36,194 nucleotides of DNA, from positions 1 through 36,194 of the IMG/VR virus record IMGVR_UViG_3300011339_000777; one strand, given 5' to 3'. Shown one piece after another: positions 26,900 to 33,909 of the stretch. The position numbers and the translations under genes are program-made. Each line of letters starts with the position of its first letter. Within the stretch, counting starts at the first letter, position 1. The notes under the pieces are model-generated. The model saw only the letters and a list, made by a program, of their open reading frames with translations, made no database searches and was not told the origin of the DNA. This stretch comes from a virus (lineage: Duplodnaviria; Caudoviricetes).

Positions 26900-27271
26900 C
26901 TACTTGGATGGTTTGCGCGGGGCGCGAAAAGTTGCAGGCATGCGCTGGGAGGAGTTGCCCGGCATGACACTTGGCATGCGCTGGGAGGAGTTGCCCGGCA
27001 TGCGCTGAGAGGAGTTGCCCGGCGTGCGTTGCACAAACTTACTCGTACCGGGCGTGCCGATGTTGACTTTCGGCGACCGCTGCACAAAGTTTTTGGTGCC
27101 AGGCGTGCCGATGTTCTCTCGCGGCGCCCGCTGCACGACGTTCTTCCCCGACCCCGTCGAGGCCAAGGGGTTCGGAAAAGCCATAACCCTGCGGGTCTTC
27201 TTGGGCTTTGTGGCACCCATTGTGGTGTAAGTCGGCAGTTCGCCGCCGAGGCGGGGAGGTTTCTTAGCCAT
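26900..27271 (-). CDS. Basic 123-aa protein with internal tandem repeats (starts MAKKPPRL)
   Basis: Start overlaps previous gene; VQRxPxxNIGTPGT and PGNSSQR repeats. Confidence 0.7.
   Translation of the reverse strand: MAKKPPRLGGELPTYTTMGATKPKKTRRVMAFPNPLASTGSGKNVVQRAPRENIGTPGTKNFVQRSPKVNIGTPGTSKFVQRTPGNSSQRMPGNSSQRMPSVMPGNSSQRMPATFRAPRKPSK
26937..27140. repeat. Coding tandem repeats: three 24-bp units and about 2.5 degenerate 51-bp units
   Basis: GGCATGCGCTG(G/A)GAGGAGTTGCCC at 26937, 26973 and 26997. Confidence 0.85.
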
Positions 27272-27398
27272 TTTTCTTACTCTTGCGTTGGACGTTGTAC
27301 GCGATTGCGACGGCCTGACGTGCAGGCTTTCCAGCCTTGATCTCGGCCTTGATGTTCTTGCGGAAGGCCCCTTTAGAGGCTGATTTGACCAGCGGCAT
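27264..27398 (-). CDS. 44-aa basic microprotein
   Basis: [44 protein letters not shown]; tightly packed with neighbours. Confidence 0.75.
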   Translation of the reverse strand: MPLVKSASKGAFRKNIKAEIKAGKPARQAVAIAYNVQRKSKKNG

Positions 27399-27399
27399 G

Positions 27400-27543
27400 C
27401 TATTTCTTCCGTGTCTTGGCTGACTTGCGGAAGGCAGCAGCCGTCGGCGCGCCCTTGGCGCCCGGTTTGCGCATCTTTTCGCCCGATCCGGCGGCAATTC
27501 GGGCCTTTTTGGCGGCAATATTTGCGTACAGACCTGGTTTCAT
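27400..27543 (-). CDS. 47-aa basic microprotein
   Basis: [47 protein letters not shown]; ATGA overlap. Confidence 0.75.
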   Translation of the reverse strand: MKPGLYANIAAKKARIAAGSGEKMRKPGAKGAPTAAAFRKSAKTRKK

Positions 27544-27800
27544 GGGCATTTCCACCTGCGCATAGATGCCTTGGCCCGCTCGGCGTTCTTGGATTTGGCG
27601 ACAACACCGCCCATTCGAGCGCAAAATGAGGCTTTTCGTCCTGCATCTGCCTTGCTTTTGGGGTTGGGCGCCGGGGCCTTCAGTTTGGAGCCCGTTGCAC
27701 GGTTATAGCGTTCGCGGCCCTTGGCGGTGAGGCCAGCACCTTTAGCGACGGGTAGCTTTTCGCCCCGCCCTACTGACAATGACACGCCCTTGCGAGCCAT
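27540..27800 (-). CDS. 86-aa basic protein (DUF6321-like)
   Basis: GLTAKGR...LKAP...RKASFCARM...RRWKC; TAATG overlap with terL stop. Confidence 0.75.
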   Translation of the reverse strand: MARKGVSLSVGRGEKLPVAKGAGLTAKGRERYNRATGSKLKAPAPNPKSKADAGRKASFCARMGGVVAKSKNAERAKASMRRWKCP

Positions 27801-29326
27801 TAGCTGCCCATCCAACTCGTTAAAACGCCAGAGCGACCATACGACCGCCTCTGTATCTTGTCAACGGGGGTGCGGTTGCCGACAGGGTACGCGAAGGTCA
27901 CGGCGATGGCGTCGGCTGCGTCGGGGCTCGCCAGCCCCCGCGCCTTCATCTCCTTCTTGCCTTCCAGGAAAATCGTGCCCTTGCTGTCGGGCTTGACCTT
28001 GGGCGACGTCAGGTCGGACTTGAGCAGCTTGTCCGTCGGGACCGACGCCGTCTTGAGCCACTCGCGCATGTTGCCCCACATCTCGGCCCGCTTGTTGCCG
28101 TACATGATGGGCTTGGTGGACTTGTTGCCGAAGTTGACGCCCTTGACCTGCTTGTACCGCTGCTCCTTGAGGCGGTCCACGATGCCAGCGCCCAGGCCGC
28201 CCTCGTCGATGACGACCAACGTGGGGTTAAACTCCTCGATGGCCTCGATCACCCGACCGACAATCTCCATGGTGTCGTCGCCCCGGTAGCGTTTGATGAC
28301 GTTCAGGTCGCGCCCCTGCCGTACGGCGATGACCGTCGCGTCTGCCCCGAACCTGGCCGGATCGACGCCGATGATGATAGGGGCGGAAGCGTCTTTGTAC
28401 CTCGGCCGCTGGGTGGCGTCATCGACGAGATAAACGGGGATAAACTGGTCATCTCCAGCACTGGGAAACTCACCGTAGACCTCGACGTGAGCCTGAACGC
28501 TGTCAGGACCGTACTCTTGGATAAGCTGCTCATAGACTGCCTTGTCCGTTCCTTCGACCGATCTTGCATCGACGACCTTGTTGCGCCAGAAGTCCCGCTT
28601 GGCGTTGAACGCCTCGTAGAAATACCCGGTATTGCGGCGGGGGTTGGAGAACGCCATCCAGAAGCGGTTGGGCGTGTTTTCGGTGAAGAAGCCCGCCGCG
28701 ACCGCCCAGATGGCGTCGGAGATGCCGCTCGCCTCGTCGAAGATCAGCATCACGCCGTCGAAGTTATGGACGCCCGCGTAGGCGTCCGGGTTCTCCTCCG
28801 ACCACAGGCGCCCCTCGACGCCCCAGTAGCGCGTGCCCTTCTTCAGGTCGCGCTCGACCAGTTCCGTCAGCCACTTGGCCGGCATCACGCGGGTGGCGCT
28901 CACCTCGAACCAGTGGCTGTTGAGTGAGAGGGCCAGCCACTTGGTGATCTCGGCCCAGGTGACAGACCGCAACTGCGTCTCGGAGTTGGCCGACACGATG
29001 GTGGTGGACCCGATGCGGGTGGACAGCATCCAGATGACCAGCCATGAGACGAGTGCCGACTTGCCGATGCCGCGTCCGGAGGACACGGCCATGCGCAGCA
29101 CGTTGAAGTCGATCTTGCCGTTGTTCTGCTTAATGTGCTCGCCGATGTCGCGCAGCACCTCGCGCTGCCACTTGCGTGGTCCTGCGAAGTTCTCCAGCGG
29201 CGTGTTCTTTTGCCCCCAAGGGAACAGAAAGGACACGAACTTCAGCGGGTCGTCCTTGAGCGCAGGCGTCCACAGAGACGCCATAAGCGACATCTCATCT
29301 TCAGCATTATACTGTGTCGTTTGCAT
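27800..29326 (-). CDS. terL: Terminase large subunit
   Basis: Walker A SGRGIGKS, Walker B LIFDEAS, FSNP, nuclease GVDPARFGAD and SPDAADA. Confidence 0.95.
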   Translation of the reverse strand: MQTTQYNAEDEMSLMASLWTPALKDDPLKFVSFLFPWGQKNTPLENFAGPRKWQREVLRDIGEHIKQNNGKIDFNVLRMAVSSGRGIGKSALVSWLVIWMLSTRIGSTTIVSANSETQLRSVTWAEITKWLALSLNSHWFEVSATRVMPAKWLTELVERDLKKGTRYWGVEGRLWSEENPDAYAGVHNFDGVMLIFDEASGISDAIWAVAAGFFTENTPNRFWMAFSNPRRNTGYFYEAFNAKRDFWRNKVVDARSVEGTDKAVYEQLIQEYGPDSVQAHVEVYGEFPSAGDDQFIPVYLVDDATQRPRYKDASAPIIIGVDPARFGADATVIAVRQGRDLNVIKRYRGDDTMEIVGRVIEAIEEFNPTLVVIDEGGLGAGIVDRLKEQRYKQVKGVNFGNKSTKPIMYGNKRAEMWGNMREWLKTASVPTDKLLKSDLTSPKVKPDSKGTIFLEGKKEMKARGLASPDAADAIAVTFAYPVGNRTPVDKIQRRSYGRSGVLTSWMGS

Positions 29327-29723
29327 ATTCTTCCACCGTGAGGTCTATAACGCGCCGCTGCGCCTCCTCCAACGCCGCCGTTATGCTGATCTTCTGGTCG
29401 ATGGTCACCTCGATGGCCTGCTTGGCAGCCCAATCGTGGCTGTAGCGCAGCATGTTCAGCGCGGCGTTGGCGTCGCCCTCGCGGGCTGCGGTGTACAGCG
29501 TCTGCGCCATCTCCATCTCGCCATCCGCGCGCCCCTTCTGCGCGGCGAATGCCGCGATGGGGTCAAACTGCGTCAACTGCCTGTACTCGACCGGCAGCAT
29601 CCCTGCGGCGAGTGCCAGAGCCTCGCCCTTCAGCCCCATCTTGGCAGCACTGTAGATCGCCTCCAGACGCGCCTCGGTAGCTTCCAGCTTGCGTGGCTCA
29701 TAGGGCAGCGATTGGAAGGTCAT
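29307..29723 (-). CDS. terS: Terminase small subunit
   Basis: Overlaps terL start; helical 138 aa; C-terminal ISITAALEEAQRRV. Confidence 0.8.
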   Translation of the reverse strand: MTFQSLPYEPRKLEATEARLEAIYSAAKMGLKGEALALAAGMLPVEYRQLTQFDPIAAFAAQKGRADGEMEMAQTLYTAAREGDANAALNMLRYSHDWAAKQAIEVTIDQKISITAALEEAQRRVIDLTVEEYANDTV

Positions 29724-29729
29724 AACCGT

Positions 29730-29758
29730 AAACTATCATGTTGCGGATGGAGGGTCAA
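29730..29758 (-). promoter_or_regulatory. terS promoter, probably giving a leaderless mRNA
   Basis: TTGACC-N17-TAGTTT, 6 nt before ATG; no SD; T-tract upstream of -35. Confidence 0.65.
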
Positions 29759-29853
29759 AAAATAAAAAAATTCGGGTGTGACCCCTGGCCTCGGCAACAG
29801 CAGCGGTGCGCAGGGCCCTGTCCCCCCCCTGCCTTGTGCCCCCTCCACCAAAT

Positions 29854-29975
29854 TGAATGACTGTTTAGTCAGTGCCGGCTGACTGAATAGTCAGTCAAGT
29901 TGAATGACTGTTCAACCAGGGCGACTGACTGAGCAGTCAGTCAATGGCCATATGAGTTGAATGACTGTTCAATCA
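29854..29975. repeat. Five 18-bp operator-like palindromes, consensus TGAmTGAnYRnTYArYCA
   Basis: Copies start at 29854, 29880, 29901, 29926 and 29958. Confidence 0.85.
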
Positions 29976-30000
29976 ATCGCCTGGGGCTGACGTCACGTAA

Positions 30001-30424
30001 TGTTGGGGTAGTTTGGGGTAGTCAGTCACGCGATACGTGACGCAAGGTAAGTTTGGGGTAGTTTGGGGTAGTCGGTTTTCAACTGTCAGCTTGCGCCAGT
30101 CATGACGGCGCTGGCGAGCGCTCGAGGGGCTCGAGGGGCTTCCCGGCATGGGCAACGCGTGGGGCAAGCCGTGGGGTTACGTTATGGGCAGTCAAAATCA
30201 ACGGAAAACCAATAAACATCGGCACATGGGCAATATGGGCAGTCGGCGCGGGCGCAACTCAGCCGCGCTACACTCCTATACAACTGTAATACTAATATAA
30301 CAGTTCCTCTTAAGAATATAGGATTAACATAACCCATATTACCCATGTGCCCGTCGTTATTGCGTTTTGGCCCCGTTGCCATAACCCCAAACATAACCCC
30401 AAACGTTACCCATAAAATAACCCC
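30001..30424. promoter_or_regulatory. Putative replication origin: oppositely oriented iterons flanking an AT-rich core
   Basis: TGGGGTA/TGGGCA/TGGGGTTA copies on the left, TAACCC/TTACCC/TGCCC copies on the right, AT-rich core about 30277-30345. Confidence 0.7.
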
Positions 30425-30444
30425 GCCTGATTAGGGCGGGGTTA
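30412..30444 (-). terminator. Intrinsic terminator of 30486..30752
   Basis: TAACCCCGCC-N7-GGCGGGGTTA stem followed by TTTTAT on the minus strand. Confidence 0.7.
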
Positions 30445-30485
30445 ACTCACTACAGCAATTGCTGTAGCACGTCTAAAAAGCGGCG

Positions 30486-30752
30486 TCAAGCGCGCTTGCG
30501 AATGGGCTTCATTGAACCATGCCAGCGCTGCCGCGCGTCCATCTCGTCTGTGACTTCCTTCAACTTGTGCCACACGCTCATGTGAGCGATTGCATCGGCG
30601 TTGCCATCGCGCGCCAGCGCTTCCATATCGCGGAATGTGACGTCACCATAACCAAGCGCAATGACTTGGTCCAAGCTGTCAGTCCATTCATCGCCGCGCT
30701 TATCGTACATCGCGCGCAACAGGTTTTCCGATACGTTTGTAAGGTTAGCCAT
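30486..30752 (-). CDS. Hypothetical early protein, monocistronic
   Basis: Has its own promoter and terminator; 88 aa. Confidence 0.75.
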   Translation of the reverse strand: MANLTNVSENLLRAMYDKRGDEWTDSLDQVIALGYGDVTFRDMEALARDGNADAIAHMSVWHKLKEVTDEMDARQRWHGSMKPIRKRA

Positions 30753-30780
30753 TTTTCACACTCTCTTATGTTGTGGGGAA

Positions 30781-30871
30781 AACCTACCACAAGCGCGGAA
30801 TGGCTGCAACACATTTTTTGATGGCTAGATGAAAAGAAATGTTTGACAGACATTCGGAACCCTGTTAGGTT
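30781..30871. promoter_or_regulatory. Divergent early promoters
   Basis: Minus strand TTGCAG-N17-TAGGTT; plus strand TTGACA-N17-TAGGTT; A/T tracts between them. Confidence 0.75.
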
Positions 30872-30901
30872 ATCCCCATCGGAACACAACAGGAGGAAAA
30901 C

Positions 30902-31048
30902 ATGGCCAAGCTGATCCACTCTTACAAGTGCTGCCCCACGAGCGCCAACCGTCGCCGGCTTGCGGCGTACCTAGTCAAGCATCCCTTCGCGCTTTGCGGC
31001 GCCACAAGCGACGAGATGGCATTCCTTCACGCTCATGAGTTTGTTTAA
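30902..31048 (+). CDS. 48-aa first early protein, absent from the ORF track
   Basis: AGGAGG RBS; MAKLIHSYKCCPTSANRRRLAAYLVKHPFALCGATSDEMAFLHAHEFV. Confidence 0.7.
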   Translation: MAKLIHSYKCCPTSANRRRLAAYLVKHPFALCGATSDEMAFLHAHEFV

Positions 31049-31119
31049 GGCCTAGCTAGGCCGGCGCCAAGCGCGCCGGCTCACTAGACCCTAAGCTAAC
31101 CTCAACCGGGAGAACTACC

Positions 31120-31683
31120 ATGCTTATTCCTACCGATCTGCTTAAGGCCGCGTTGCTTTGTGCCTCAACTGAGGAAACGCGTTATTACCTGAAAGGCGTG
31201 CATCTCAGCACGTCCGGGCACATGGTCACAACAGATGGCCATCGCCTATTCTGCGCCAAGTTGGCCGAGGCTGTACCGGCCGACGTGATCATTCCGCTGG
31301 AAACCGTCAAGGCCGCGCTGAAGCTGGCGCCGCGCAAGGCGGAAACGATCGAGTTGAACGGTAACACGTTTGGCGGCGTCGTGTTCACGCCGGTAGATGG
31401 CACATTCCCCAACTGGAAAGCAATCATTCCGCCGGCCGATGGGTTCAAGCCGGGCGATGACACGGCGCCGGCGCACTTTAACCCTGAGTATATTTACGAC
31501 CTGGGGCAAATGTCGCGCGCGCTTGGTTCTAAGACCGGAACCGCGTTTGAAATCCACGCCTGGAACCCTGAGAGCCCGCATGGCGTGACCTTTGCCGGCC
31601 GTGAGGATTGCTTCGCAGTCATCATGCCCATGCGCCGCACCAAGGACGCAACGCCCTGGAACGTCGCCCGCGCGATTGCCTAA
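31120..31683 (+). CDS. Truncated DNA polymerase III beta-clamp homologue
   Basis: TRYYLKGV, TTDGHRL, DGTFPNWKAIIP, FNPEYI and VIMPMR match DnaN domain II/III motifs; GGAG RBS. Confidence 0.85.
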   Translation: MLIPTDLLKAALLCASTEETRYYLKGVHLSTSGHMVTTDGHRLFCAKLAEAVPADVIIPLETVKAALKLAPRKAETIELNGNTFGGVVFTPVDGTFPNWKAIIPPADGFKPGDDTAPAHFNPEYIYDLGQMSRALGSKTGTAFEIHAWNPESPHGVTFAGREDCFAVIMPMRRTKDATPWNVARAIA

Positions 31684-31693
31684 CAACAAATCA

Positions 31694-31722
31694 TTGACGG
31701 GGGCTCCGGCCCCTGTTACTTT
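31694..31722 (+). promoter_or_regulatory. Promoter with a hairpin in its spacer (may also act as terminator)
   Basis: TTGACG-ggggctccggcccctgt-TACTTT. Confidence 0.6.
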
Positions 31723-31755
31723 CCACAAACGCAATAAACTAGGGGAAACATTACA

Positions 31756-32010
31756 ATGATCAACGATACCGGACGCTGCGCAATCTTCACCAAATACCTC
31801 GGCCCGACCAACTACCGGCCCGGACGCGTCAAGGCATGGGCCAAGTCCGGCGGCAAGCTGTCAGTTACGATCAGTTATCCGCATGAGTTGTCGCAGTCCG
31901 AAGCGCACGCTAAGGCCGCGCAAATGCTTCTCGATAAGATGGGCTGGACTTGCGGCATACTCCACCAAGCGCACGCCGAGAATGGCTGTGTTTTCGTGAT
32001 GGATCGCTAA
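31756..32010 (+). CDS. Hypothetical early protein
   Basis: AGGGG RBS; TKYLGPTNYRPGRVKA. Confidence 0.8.
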   Translation: MINDTGRCAIFTKYLGPTNYRPGRVKAWAKSGGKLSVTISYPHELSQSEAHAKAAQMLLDKMGWTCGILHQAHAENGCVFVMDR

Positions 32011-32012
32011 CC

Positions 32013-32216
32013 ATGTTGAGCATTGACAGTGAATGCTGGTCACTTCGCTATCACGGCGGACGCGATGCAATGGTGACGCAACGCGCCACAAAGATCACGC
32101 GATGGGTGCCGCGGCATACGTTGCCGGACGATATGACATTGGCGCTTATGTCGGAATATGGCTTTAGCAAAGTATGCCGCGAAGCCTTCCACGGCAAGGA
32201 ATGGTGCGATGCTTAA
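32013..32216 (+). CDS. Hypothetical protein
   Basis: Starts 2 nt after previous stop (MLSIDSECW...). Confidence 0.65.
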   Translation: MLSIDSECWSLRYHGGRDAMVTQRATKITRWVPRHTLPDDMTLALMSEYGFSKVCREAFHGKEWCDA

Positions 32217-32301
32217 CCTCGCCTTACAGCTTGCCAAGGTCGCGGCGCTGTTGCTCGCGTCCTACGCTTTCGTTTTCGTCTTTTTCATTATCACACCATA
32301 G
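32209..32301 (+). CDS. 30-aa single-TM microprotein
   Basis: MLNLALQLAKVAALLLASYAFVFVFFIITP; AAGGA upstream; fills the gap. Confidence 0.5.
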   Translation: MLNLALQLAKVAALLLASYAFVFVFFIITP

Positions 32302-32309
32302 GAGGAACC

Positions 32310-32600
32310 ATGTTCTACATTCCCGTTACAGTTACAGTCTACAAGGACGACGTTTGCTTGTTCGAGACGGATTGCGAAGCGCGCATAGAATACGAGATCG
32401 CCGACGGTCTGCCGGATTGGGACGTGACCGAGTTTCATTTCGACGCGGTCGGTACTGAGCCCGGCAAGCGCATCTATACCAAGATCACCCGCACGGAACC
32501 GTTGTTCAAGATCCTCTATCAGGATCTCGACCGCGAATGGCTTCATGAGCGCGTGATAGAGGCCTTGATTGATAACGGGGAGGTGCGCCGCTATGCGTGA
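32310..32600 (+). CDS. Hypothetical acidic protein
   Basis: AGGAGG RBS. Confidence 0.8.
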   Translation: MFYIPVTVTVYKDDVCLFETDCEARIEYEIADGLPDWDVTEFHFDAVGTEPGKRIYTKITRTEPLFKILYQDLDREWLHERVIEALIDNGEVRRYA

Positions 32601-32844
32601 CTACACAGACATGATGAACATGCCCCCGGCGGAACTGGTCCGGCATGCGCTCGAATGCGCCAAAGTGGGCATGCTTTCCATCGCCTTGGTGGAAGCGCTG
32701 GCGGTACAGCTAGACGCCGAAGCGGCGGAAGCCACTCAGGCCGCTCGCCTGCGCGAGGAACTGGAGGAAGCGGAACGACGCGTTTACGATTGGCAAGAAG
32801 AAGCCAAAGCGTTGCAGTTTCAGCTGAGCCGCACTTATGGCTGA
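32593..32844 (+). CDS. Hypothetical coiled-coil protein
   Basis: GGAGGT RBS; overlaps previous stop. Confidence 0.75.
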   Translation: MRDYTDMMNMPPAELVRHALECAKVGMLSIALVEALAVQLDAEAAEATQAARLREELEEAERRVYDWQEEAKALQFQLSRTYG

Positions 32845-33022
32845 CCTGTTGCACTGGCAAGCGAACGTGGCGGGCTTGGACGACGTCGACCTGTTGCGGT
32901 TCATGGCGGCCGTCAAGGTCCGCCTCAACAATCACGCGGTTGCCTTGGAGGCCGCCGCAAAAGAAGCCCGCCGGCGCAATCTGCTTCCGGCGGGCAAGGA
33001 AGGCTGGGAACGTGACGAGTAG
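32837..33022 (+). CDS. Hypothetical protein
   Basis: Overlaps both neighbours in operon fashion. Confidence 0.7.
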   Translation: MADLLHWQANVAGLDDVDLLRFMAAVKVRLNNHAVALEAAAKEARRRNLLPAGKEGWERDE

Positions 33023-33401
33023 AACCGAATTTGAAGCGGAAGTAAAGCGGCTTTGGGAAGCGCATGAGGCCCACATTGCCGAGCAACGGCGCCGCTTCCC
33101 GGCCAAGCGCATCCTGGCCGCCGTCGCGGCTGCGCACGACCTGACCGTGGAACAGTTGCAAAGCGTGCAACGGAAGCGGCAGTATTGCCGGGCTCGCCAC
33201 CATGCGGCGTGGGAACTACGCCGGCGCAGGCTGGACCTGGGGCTAAGCCAGATCGCGGCGCATCTCAACCGCACCGACCACACGACGGCGCACCATAGCT
33301 ATACGACGTTCTGCGCGATGGTCGCCCAAGGCCAGTACAAGGCCGAGCGTGACCGCGTGGAGGCCCTGCTGACGGAGGATGAGCCGTGCACTTCTTCATA
33401 G
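33012..33401 (+). CDS. DnaA domain IV-like HTH DNA-binding protein
   Basis: ILAAVAAAHDLTVEQL...RARHHAAW...LSQIAAHLNRTDHTT; GTG start. Confidence 0.82.
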   Translation: MTSRTEFEAEVKRLWEAHEAHIAEQRRRFPAKRILAAVAAAHDLTVEQLQSVQRKRQYCRARHHAAWELRRRRLDLGLSQIAAHLNRTDHTTAHHSYTTFCAMVAQGQYKAERDRVEALLTEDEPCTSS

Positions 33402-33559
33402 GCTTTGCCGCTGGTGCCCTCATGGGGACGGCCTGCCTTTACTTCACGCTGCTGCGCCGCTCGGCGCCGCCTGCACCCCCACCGCCGGCGTTGCCAGCAC
33501 TGGACGCGCCCAAGGTACGAACCCGCCTAACCAACAGAGAAAGGACGATAGAACTATGA
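33386..33559 (+). CDS. 57-aa membrane-anchored Pro-rich protein
   Basis: GGAGG RBS; MHFFIGFAAGALMGTACLYFTLLRRSAPPAPPPPALP...; ATGA overlap with next gene. Confidence 0.6.
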   Translation: MHFFIGFAAGALMGTACLYFTLLRRSAPPAPPPPALPALDAPKVRTRLTNRERTIEL

Positions 33560-33753
33560 GCCTGCAAAAAATAATTTCGGATGTCGAAACGGAACGCGCG
33601 CATAACCGCGTCATGGGTGACAGCCTGGCCGACCAGTTGCGCAACCTCAAATTTCGCTACAGTGAGGAAATTGACGCCTTGATTGCCGCGCTACAGGTTG
33701 AGGTTGAAGCGCGGGATCAGGCCCTTGCCGCTATGGTCAACGGCGATGCCTGA
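33556..33753 (+). CDS. Hypothetical helical protein
   Basis: AAGGA RBS; MSLQKIISDVE... Confidence 0.7.
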   Translation: MSLQKIISDVETERAHNRVMGDSLADQLRNLKFRYSEEIDALIAALQVEVEARDQALAAMVNGDA

Positions 33754-33862
33754 CAACCTTTGGCACTGGCTGCAATATGCCTTCTTCTTTGGGGGCGCGA
33801 TAGGCGGCTGGACGCTGCTCATCATGTTCGCGCGTGAGTTAGCAGAAAAATGGCGGCGATGA
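33746..33862 (+). CDS. 38-aa single-TM microprotein
   Basis: MPDNLWHWLQYAFFFGGAIGGWTLLIMFARELAEKWRR; overlaps previous stop. Confidence 0.55.
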   Translation: MPDNLWHWLQYAFFFGGAIGGWTLLIMFARELAEKWRR

Positions 33863-33909
33863 TTGCTATCCTCATCGCCGCCGTGCTTCTGGCGTGGCTT
33901 GACCTTTAG
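33859..33909 (+). CDS. Possible 16-aa hydrophobic peptide
   Basis: MIAILIAAVLLAWLDL; ATGA-coupled; stop overlaps the primase stop. Confidence 0.35.
   Translation: MIAILIAAVLLAWLDL

Noticed and set aside
26900-27646. Single 248-aa ORF from the track
   Set aside because: Its 5' half overlaps three better small genes in other frames; the true start is likely 27271
29851-29976. Mini-CRISPR array (TTGAATGACTGTT repeats, Cas4-like gene present)
   Set aside because: Repeats are too short, spacing is irregular (47 and 57 bp), the intervening sequences are related palindromes rather than unique spacers, and the Cas4-like gene belongs to the replication module
29973-30394. Short ORFs in the control region
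   Set aside because: Translations simply mirror the DNA repeats and lack an RBS; the region is better explained as non-coding
33386-33559. o-spanin lipoprotein (Cys followed by Pro-rich region)
   Set aside because: GTAC is a poor lipobox, hydrophobic residues continue past the Cys, and the gene is in the early operon
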